Shown here: positions 1-7,123 of the stretch, piece after piece
Layout: each line of letters starts with the position of its first letter
How positions within the stretch are numbered: position 1 is the stretch's first letter
Origin: an uncultured Pseudomonadota bacterium
Lineage (GTDB): Bacteria > Pseudomonadota > Alphaproteobacteria > RUG11792
NCBI GenBank assembly: GCA_902795615.1
Contig: CADBLQ010000013.1
Span: 279-64,278 of the forward strand
Direction: 5' to 3'
DNA: 64,000 bases
Made by a program: the position numbers and the translations under genes
The notes under the pieces: model-generated
Databases searched by the model: none
What the model was told of the DNA's origin: nothing
What the model saw: the letters and a program-made list of their open reading frames with translations, nothing else

Positions 1-95
1 GAGGCACAATTAATATTGATACTACACTTTAAAAAAAACATTGTTATCTTAAGATTATTCACTTTAAATAATATAAGTTCTATTGAATTTGTTTG

Positions 96-971
96 TTATT
101 TATAATGAAAACAATTTACTACAATCAGTGATTTATCAGAATAGCTTTGAGGGTGTAGAAAGAAATCTTTTGCAGTATGCACATATTTGTAATTCTCTAC
201 TTTACAGAATTTAAAAATTTCATCCTCTAATGAATACCAATATGATATATTACCACTCACATAAATATCGTAATATAATTGATACAGTGTGCGGTATTTA
301 TTATAAATAAATGAAAGTATTCTACTTTTATAATCGTTACGCAAATTTAAATTTTCTAACCACACGAAATGACATTTGTCTTTAACCTTTTTAATAATTG
401 CGTTTACATCTGTTATTTTCGGAAAAATAGGCGCAATGAAACACGCAGTTTGTATTCCTGCATCATGACATGCTTTCATCGCAGTAATACGACGTTCAAT
501 ACTTACTGTACACTCCATACTTTTCCGGAAATCATCACACAACGTATTAATAGAAAACGCGACTAATGCTTTAGGAAACATTTTTATCAAATCTAAATCT
601 CTAAGTACTAAGTCGGATTTTGTACAAATAACTATTTTTATTTCATACTCAATTAACTGTTCTAATAAAGAGCGAGTACGACCATACTTAGCCTCACACG
701 GCTGATAAGCATCCGTTACTGTGCCGATAAATACTGTTTTTCCATAGTATTTAGTGGGCTTGCCTATTGCTTCCCAAGATTTTATATCAACAAATGAACC
801 CCATTGTTCTTGATGGTTTGAAATCTGAGCCATATAACTCGCATAGCAATACTTACATGCGTGTGTACAGCCTATATATGGGTTGGCACAATAATCAGTC
901 CCCGGCAAATTTGATTTGCATAAAATACTTTTTGTGTTGACACACTTTACATGCAATTTTGCAGTTTCCAT
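96..971 (-). CDS. radical SAM protein (SplB-like / COG1533-type)
   Basis: 291-aa ORF. It has an N-terminal CxxxCxxC iron-sulfur motif in NPYIGCTHACKYCYASYM. Size and motif position fit the SplB-like radical SAM family. Confidence 0.7.
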   Translation of the reverse strand: METAKLHVKCVNTKSILCKSNLPGTDYCANPYIGCTHACKYCYASYMAQISNHQEQWGSFVDIKSWEAIGKPTKYYGKTVFIGTVTDAYQPCEAKYGRTRSLLEQLIEYEIKIVICTKSDLVLRDLDLIKMFPKALVAFSINTLCDDFRKSMECTVSIERRITAMKACHDAGIQTACFIAPIFPKITDVNAIIKKVKDKCHFVWLENLNLRNDYKSRILSFIYNKYRTLYQLYYDIYVSGNISYWYSLEDEIFKFCKVENYKYVHTAKDFFLHPQSYSDKSLIVVNCFHYK

Positions 972-987
972 TACCCCTCAACAAAGA

Positions 988-1968
988 TTATTCGGAAATG
1001 TTTACGGGAAGGTCTTTTTTATTTTTAATATCTTTGTTTATTCCTAAGGCATCTGATGCTATTCCTATCGTGGAAATTACATTCATCAAATCTGTAGGCA
1101 TGTAAATTTTTGTTGATTCTCCATCAGCGACTTTTTTCAAGGCATCTAACGCTTTTAGCTTTAAAACACTCTGAGACATCTCGGCCTTATTTAGCATTTC
1201 AATACCGTCAGCTTCTGCTTTATACACTTTTTTTATAGCTTCGGCTCTCCCTTCTGCTTCAGCTATCTGAGTTTGCTTTGTTGCTTCAGCTGCTAAGATT
1301 TTTGCCTCCTTTTCAGCTTCAGCAGCTAATATTTTTGCTTTTTTATCACCAGTGGCTCGAGCAACTACTGCTTCCTGATGAGCTTGGGCTTCTAGAACCT
1401 TTTGTCGACGCTCTCTTTCAGCACGCATTTGACTACTCATAACCTCTGTGAGTTCTGTACTAAGTATTAGTTGTTTTATTTCCACACGTGTAACTTTTAA
1501 TCCCCAAGGATCTGTTGCTTCATCCAAAATCGTTTCAAGTTTTCTATTAATTGCCTCTCTAGAAGTTAACAATTGGTCTAATTCCATTTCGCCTACAATG
1601 TTTCGTAAAGTCGTAGATGTTAAATTCATTAATCCGTCAATAGGCTCTTCAACACCATAGCTAAACAATTCTGGATTAAACACTTTGCAAAAAACAACAG
1701 AATCAATATTAACCGTAACATTATCGTGAGTAATCATAGGTTGAGGTGGAAAATCTAGTACTTGTTCTTTAAGGGAAACCTTATTAGCTATACGGTCTAT
1801 AAAAGGAACTTTTATGTGTAATCCTGCGTGACATGCTCGATGGTATTTACCAAGTCTTTCAATAACATACACTTTGGACTGAGAAACCATAAAAATAGAA
1901 TTAGCAATAATAGCCCAACAGATTCCAATTTCTATTATTAAAGAAGTTACATCACCAAGAATATACAT
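988..1968 (-). CDS. SPFH/band-7 (stomatin/QmcA-like) membrane protein
   Basis: N-terminal TM segment (IIEIGICWAIIANSIFMV). This is followed by an SPFH core (VYVIERLGKYHRACHAGLHIKVPFIDRI) and an Ala/Glu/Lys coiled coil (AEAEKEAKILAAEATKQTQIAEAEGRAEAIKK). Confidence 0.85.
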   Translation of the reverse strand: MYILGDVTSLIIEIGICWAIIANSIFMVSQSKVYVIERLGKYHRACHAGLHIKVPFIDRIANKVSLKEQVLDFPPQPMITHDNVTVNIDSVVFCKVFNPELFSYGVEEPIDGLMNLTSTTLRNIVGEMELDQLLTSREAINRKLETILDEATDPWGLKVTRVEIKQLILSTELTEVMSSQMRAERERRQKVLEAQAHQEAVVARATGDKKAKILAAEAEKEAKILAAEATKQTQIAEAEGRAEAIKKVYKAEADGIEMLNKAEMSQSVLKLKALDALKKVADGESTKIYMPTDLMNVISTIGIASDALGINKDIKNKKDLPVNISE

Positions 1969-2209
1969 ATAATTACATTATCAATATTTTCATTCTTCAT
2001 TTTAGCATAGTTTTATATATCTTTGCTATGCGACATGTAGATATACCGGCAACCGAATAAAACATGAATATTTAAAGTTTAAAAGAACTGTCGTTCGCGG
2101 TATATCTTTTGTGAGTTTAACTAATTGTTAATTTTTTATTAACCGAAAATTAAATAAAACTTGATGTCATAAAGATGAGAGTTTTTGCCAAAAATTTTGG
2201 AGAAAAAGA

Positions 2210-3562
2210 ATGAGTAACTTATCAATGAAAAAAATGCTTTACCTTGCAACACTGTGTTTCTTTGTTGCAAACGTTAAGGCAATGGAAGATAAAAGTGAGG
2301 CATTAGTTGAATCATGTCTTCACAATCAAACACTAAGTGTTTTAGAAACAATTCCAGAAGAAAAAATTGATGATGACAATTTACAAGATGATGAAGAACC
2401 AATTGATGTTATCGATAATAAGATAAAAAGCGAAAAAAATTGGAAAACTTTAAAGGATAAAGGATTAGAAACAAAAAACGATGAAGTAAGTGAATACACA
2501 TCCAATATTAATGAATTCTTTGTTAAATACCCAAATCCACAATACTTAACAATTATGGAATGCGATGGGGTTACGCAATCAATATACTTGGCACAGTTAG
2601 AAAAAGCATTAGTTAACCTTTACTATGAAAAATATAAAAACCTTGGTTTAATCAATAATACTAATAAATGGGTAGGTATTTCATATGGTTGTACGTTAGC
2701 AGGTGCTAATGTTGGCACATTAACTAACAGTGAAGATATTGAACAATTTAATTTATCAATTGATGACATAATAACGCACTTAAAGCATGATCGTATTAAT
2801 CAAAACAACTGTTGCACAAAATTTACCAATTGCTTATTTAATTGTTGCCTTTGTTGTTTTAAATGCTGTGCAAAGAGTAGCGATATTGACATTATAAGAG
2901 AATCACAATTTGATCAAGCTACATCTTCAGCACTTCAACTTTATATTAAAAATTATTTCCCATATGAAGTATCAAGTCACTTGATTTTCTTACAAAGCGG
3001 GAAAGATCGTAGGCGAATTGACCCTGACTATCAGAGCAGTTATGTAGCAACGATAGAGGCTGTAAACAAAACTGCTAAAAAAAATAAGCGTAATGTCATA
3101 CGCAAAAATATTGGTTTTATAACAGATACAGTAGCCGACGTAGCTGATAAAACCGACGTACCTATTGTAGGGAACATAGCTAAAGTCACTGGTAAAGTAA
3201 TAACCGGTAATGTGGAATTTAAGAGCATTGATAATTCAAACAATGTTACTGCTTATCAGGAAATGTCAGGAGAAATATTAGATATAGGAACGTTTAAAAT
3301 CATTTTAAATATTGATAACGTTGATGCACCTGATTTATCTTGTGATTTTAGAATTGAGTATAAAAAAGAAGCGAAAAAATTAAAGTATAAACTAACGGTT
3401 AATATTCCTACTAAGGCATATTGTGATATGCAGCATAATTTTGAAGAAGGATATCAAAAAATATTGGATTATTTAAATGAAAAACGTGTAAAATATTATC
3501 TCGAACCGATGTTCAAGTTTATAAATGGCATGCGTTCTTTTGAAACTAAAAATAAACATTAA
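2210..3562 (+). CDS. hypothetical secreted protein with an internal cysteine-string motif
   Basis: 450-aa ORF preceded by a GGAG-like RBS. It has a Sec-type signal peptide (MKKMLYLATLCFFVANVKA). Residues 201-220 read CCTKFTNCLFNCCLCCFKCC. I recognise no known domain. Confidence 0.6.
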   Translation: MSNLSMKKMLYLATLCFFVANVKAMEDKSEALVESCLHNQTLSVLETIPEEKIDDDNLQDDEEPIDVIDNKIKSEKNWKTLKDKGLETKNDEVSEYTSNINEFFVKYPNPQYLTIMECDGVTQSIYLAQLEKALVNLYYEKYKNLGLINNTNKWVGISYGCTLAGANVGTLTNSEDIEQFNLSIDDIITHLKHDRINQNNCCTKFTNCLFNCCLCCFKCCAKSSDIDIIRESQFDQATSSALQLYIKNYFPYEVSSHLIFLQSGKDRRRIDPDYQSSYVATIEAVNKTAKKNKRNVIRKNIGFITDTVADVADKTDVPIVGNIAKVTGKVITGNVEFKSIDNSNNVTAYQEMSGEILDIGTFKIILNIDNVDAPDLSCDFRIEYKKEAKKLKYKLTVNIPTKAYCDMQHNFEEGYQKILDYLNEKRVKYYLEPMFKFINGMRSFETKNKH

Positions 3563-3588
3563 AAAAAGCCCTATTTATAGGGCTTTTC
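3561..3588. terminator. bidirectional rho-independent terminator between convergent genes
   Basis: An A7 run is followed by the stem GCCCTA, loop TTTA, stem TAGGGC, then TTTTC. It starts immediately after the stop codon of the 2210..3562 ORF. Read on the minus strand, it lies downstream of 3660..4004 with a T-run after the stem. Confidence 0.7.
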
Positions 3589-3659
3589 ACCTAACCGCAA
3601 ACAAACATATTTTTACAGTCATAAAACGGGAAAATTAAATATTCTCCAAAGCCTTTTTT

Positions 3660-4004
3660 TTATGCTGCACGACTAACGCAATCGCCACATTTTTCACTAA
3701 TCTCTTCTAGTTTTTCTTTACTAGGTTCAGCAAAAAATTTACGATCATCATATTCTGATTTCTTCCCTACGTTATAATTGCTAGTTGGGCGATAATATCC
3801 CATCACACGAGACCAAATTTCACACTTTTGACGTTCTGCGTCATCAAGGTGGAATTCAGCACTCGCATCTTCGCATTGATGACCTTCTGCATTATTAACT
3901 TGACCACTTTGACAACTGCATTCACAGTTCTTTTGATTATTCATATCTGAGTACGCTGAGTTACCGTTATTTTTCATAGTTTCCTCACATAACATACGTT
4001 CCAC
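3660..4004 (-). CDS. small protein resembling the C-terminal glycyl-radical module of class III (anaerobic) ribonucleotide reductase NrdD
   Basis: The C-terminal segment EIWSRVMGYYRPTSNYNVGKKSEYDDRKFF fits the NrdD C-terminal pattern R-[VI]-x-G-Y-..-N-x-G-K-..-E-..-R. There is a Cys-rich N-terminal part (CECSC, HQC, QKC). Confidence 0.5.
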   Translation of the reverse strand: MERMLCEETMKNNGNSAYSDMNNQKNCECSCQSGQVNNAEGHQCEDASAEFHLDDAERQKCEIWSRVMGYYRPTSNYNVGKKSEYDDRKFFAEPSKEKLEEISEKCGDCVSRAA

Positions 4005-4084
4005 AGTTATTATAACATGCGTTCCATATCTGTAATAAAGTAACGTGATACACTGAGTTTGAAAGACATGCGTATATTAGTGCT

Positions 4085-4975
4085 ATGGACATTTTGGTTC
4101 TTGCAGGTGGCAACAATTCAAGAATGAAGACAGACTTACCAAAGTTTTTTCTAAAACTAGCTGATAAGCCAATAATAAGACACATTATAGATAATTATAA
4201 ATTGTTTCATAACTGCAACATCCATGTTGTTACTGCGACTAAGTATGCATCAAGTGAATTGTTTTCTGATGTAAATTCAATTTTACAACCAATAGCAAAC
4301 GGTACTGCTGGGGCAGTTACAGTTGCATTAGCACACCTAACCAGTGACACTGTCATTGTTCAATATTCTGATGTACCATTAATTAGTGTTGCTACCATTA
4401 AGCAGTTAATTGAATGCGATGCAGATGCTGTTGTTACAGTAGCCTCATTACCTGAAGAACAGATTTCAAAACCATATGGTCGAGTATTTCACGATAATGG
4501 AATTTTTGAACGTATCATAGAATACAAGGAACTGAATGATGAACAAAAATTGTGCAATACATTTAATGTTGGATTATATAAATTTAAAACAGAATTACTC
4601 AAGGCAATGTTACCGGAAGTTAAAGTTCATAAGGGAATGACAGAGTTATTTTTGCCTGATGTATTACAAATTTTTAAAGCTCATAATAAAACGGTGAAAG
4701 TCATATATGATGATGATTACGAAGAATGCGTCGGAATGAATAATATGTCAGAGTTAGTTCAGGCAGAAAGTATATTGCAAAAGAGAATTATTGAAAAATT
4801 CATTCAAAATGGAGTACAAATATTGTCTCCAAATACGACTTACATATCAGCTGAAACACAAATTGGTCGCAATGTGATTATCGAACCAAATGTCGTAATA
4901 AAAGGAAAATCTGTAATTGCAGATAATGTCACAGTAAAATCATTTAGTTACATAAATAACGAGGTTATTAAATGA
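4085..4975 (+). CDS. glmU: GlmU-like sugar-1-phosphate uridylyltransferase domain with a truncated left-handed beta-helix (the acetyltransferase part is missing)
   Basis: ILVLAGGNNSRMKTDLPKFFLKLADKPIIRHIID matches the GlmU N-terminus (LAAGKGTRM..LPKVLH.LAGKPM..HVID). GTAGAV and QYSDVPLIS motifs are present. Only about 45 aa of hexapeptide repeat remain (IGRNVIIEPNVVIKGKSVIADNVTV) before the stop. The stop overlaps the tgt start (ATGA). Confidence 0.7.
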   Translation: MDILVLAGGNNSRMKTDLPKFFLKLADKPIIRHIIDNYKLFHNCNIHVVTATKYASSELFSDVNSILQPIANGTAGAVTVALAHLTSDTVIVQYSDVPLISVATIKQLIECDADAVVTVASLPEEQISKPYGRVFHDNGIFERIIEYKELNDEQKLCNTFNVGLYKFKTELLKAMLPEVKVHKGMTELFLPDVLQIFKAHNKTVKVIYDDDYEECVGMNNMSELVQAESILQKRIIEKFIQNGVQILSPNTTYISAETQIGRNVIIEPNVVIKGKSVIADNVTVKSFSYINNEVIK

Positions 4976-6153
4976 GCAAAGTCACTTTTAAAATAATAAA
5001 GAGAAGTAACTCTAGCCGGGCGAGATTAGGCGTATTGCATACTCCACATGGAGATGTGCAAACCCCCGCATTTATATTTTGTGGAACTAAAGCAAACGTT
5101 AGAGGTGTTACTGCATCTCAGCTTCATGAGCTAGGAACACAAATTATTTTATCTAATACTTATCATACATTGTTACAACCTGGTATTGACGTATTACGTG
5201 AAGCAGGAGGATTGCAAAAATTTACAGGTTGGAATGGACCTATGTTTACTGACAGTGGAGGATTTCAGGTTTTCAGTCTTGGATATGGTGGCATTAACGC
5301 GGAAATAAAGGGTTCCAGACCCTACTCTGGCAATAAAACATTACTATCAGTAACAGAAGAAGGGGCAACTTTTAGATCATACATCAACGGTAACAAAATA
5401 TTACTAACACCTGAACTAGCCATACAAGCTCAGGTTGCGTTTGGGGCTGACCTAATTGTATGTCTTGATGTATGTACACCTCATTATGTACATAAATCAT
5501 TTACTTCAGAAGCTATGTTACGTAGCAAAAGGTGGGCATTACGTTGTATGACTGAATTGAAGCGTTTAGGTTCAGAAAAACAGGCGTTATTGGCAGTTAT
5601 TCAAGGTGGTATATATGAGGATTTACGCAGAGAAAGTGCAGATTTCGCTAATCAACATCCTTTTGATGGTTTTGCTATAGGTGGGAGTTTAGGGGTTACC
5701 AAACAGCAAATGTACGATATTACTCAAATGGTTTGTGAAATGATAGATCCTGAGCGTAGTGTACACCTGCTTGGCATTGGTGGCATCCCAGATATATTTA
5801 ATGGTGTGAAATATGGTATTGATACATTCGATTGTGTAAGTCCCACACGTATTGCTAGACATGGTATTGCGTTAGTTAAAAGTAACGAAAATCCGCTAGA
5901 AACTGGTAACAATATGAACCTTAAACGGTCGTCTTTTGCTCATGATATGACGCCTATTGATCTCAATTGCGATTGCTATACGTGTAAAACAGTTTCTAAG
6001 GCTTATATTAATCATCTTTTACGGGCAGGTGAGACACTAGGTGGGCAACTGATAACTTTGCACAATATTCGTTTTATGAATAAGCTGATGGAAGATATAA
6101 GGGATGCGATTGCTAACGATACTCTGGAGGCATGTCAAGCTGATTATTGTTAA
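4972..6153 (+). CDS. tgt: queuine tRNA-ribosyltransferase
   Basis: ARLGVLHTPHGDVQTPAFIF, TDSGGFQVFSLG, LLGIGG and the zinc site CDCYTC...H are all present. 393 aa. Confidence 0.95.
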   Translation: MSKVTFKIIKRSNSSRARLGVLHTPHGDVQTPAFIFCGTKANVRGVTASQLHELGTQIILSNTYHTLLQPGIDVLREAGGLQKFTGWNGPMFTDSGGFQVFSLGYGGINAEIKGSRPYSGNKTLLSVTEEGATFRSYINGNKILLTPELAIQAQVAFGADLIVCLDVCTPHYVHKSFTSEAMLRSKRWALRCMTELKRLGSEKQALLAVIQGGIYEDLRRESADFANQHPFDGFAIGGSLGVTKQQMYDITQMVCEMIDPERSVHLLGIGGIPDIFNGVKYGIDTFDCVSPTRIARHGIALVKSNENPLETGNNMNLKRSSFAHDMTPIDLNCDCYTCKTVSKAYINHLLRAGETLGGQLITLHNIRFMNKLMEDIRDAIANDTLEACQADYC

Positions 6154-7123
6154 ATAGAATGTTCAGATTGTGCATATCATCAGGCATAGGTGCTGTAAAT
6201 TCCATTTGCTGATTAAAAAACGGATGATGAAACATTATTCTGCTTGAATGTAGTGCTTGACGATTGAAATTTTTTACTAACTCGGGATATACATTATCAA
6301 TATGCCTTTTTCCGTATATAGTATCTCCAATCAATGGACATCCCATATATTTCATATGCACACGTATTTGATGAGTTCTTCCTGTTAGTAACTCACATTC
6401 TATTTTAGATATAGATTTAGTACTTGTAAAGTAATGTGTTTGTAGTACTTTATAAATGGTAACTGCTTTTTTACCCTGGTTTTTACTTGTCGTAAATATC
6501 TGACGATTTTTAGGATGTCGAGTAATCATTGTATCTATTTTCCCGAATTTTAATTTTGGCACACCGAATACAAAACATGTATAAAACCTCCGAATTTTAG
6601 ATCCTTTATGGTTTGCGAATAAATCCGCAAATTTAGCATGAGCAATATTGTTTTTGGCAATCAACATTACGCCTGACGTATCCTTATCTAAACGGTGAAC
6701 AATACCGGGGCGTTCTCCCAGGTCGGATAGTTGCCATCGTCCTACCAGTGCATTAACTAATGTACCTGACTTATGTCCAGGTGCTGGATGACATACTAGC
6801 CCTGCCTGTTTATTAATTACTAATATATACTCATCTTCGTACAAAACGTCAATTGGAATAATTTCGGGCGTCAAGTCGTATGCTTGCAGTTGGGAATTAT
6901 CGTAATTTAAAACAATTTGTCCTGTCCATTGAATTTTCTTTGCAACATCGGTAACTGCAATATCATCTATAGTTACTAGTCCGGATTTTATGCAACGTTG
7001 TAATTCGGCTCTACTTATTTTGTTAAAAACTCTCGCCAATACCTTGTCCAGACGTTCTCCCAAATCATTTTCATTTATCGCATACGTAAACAACATTAAC
7101 TTTGTAAGAACTCTTCTGCCCAA
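6113..7123 (-). CDS. rluD: 23S rRNA pseudouridine synthase, RluA family (RluD-like)
   Basis: N-terminal S4 domain (GERLDKVLA) and catalytic motif HRLDKDTSG. The likelier start is the ATG at 7096, which forms a TAATG overlap with the alaS stop. The 3' end overlaps the tgt 3' end by 41 nt. Confidence 0.85.
   Translation of the reverse strand: MGRRVLTKLMLFTYAINENDLGERLDKVLARVFNKISRAELQRCIKSGLVTIDDIAVTDVAKKIQWTGQIVLNYDNSQLQAYDLTPEIIPIDVLYEDEYILVINKQAGLVCHPAPGHKSGTLVNALVGRWQLSDLGERPGIVHRLDKDTSGVMLIAKNNIAHAKFADLFANHKGSKIRRFYTCFVFGVPKLKFGKIDTMITRHPKNRQIFTTSKNQGKKAVTIYKVLQTHYFTSTKSISKIECELLTGRTHQIRVHMKYMGCPLIGDTIYGKRHIDNVYPELVKNFNRQALHSSRIMFHHPFFNQQMEFTAPMPDDMHNLNILFNNNQLDMPPEYR

Noticed and set aside
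3985-4185. 66-aa minus-strand ORF overlapping the glmU start and the start of the NrdD-like ORF.
   Set aside because: It overlaps two better-supported genes. It has no RBS or motif support.
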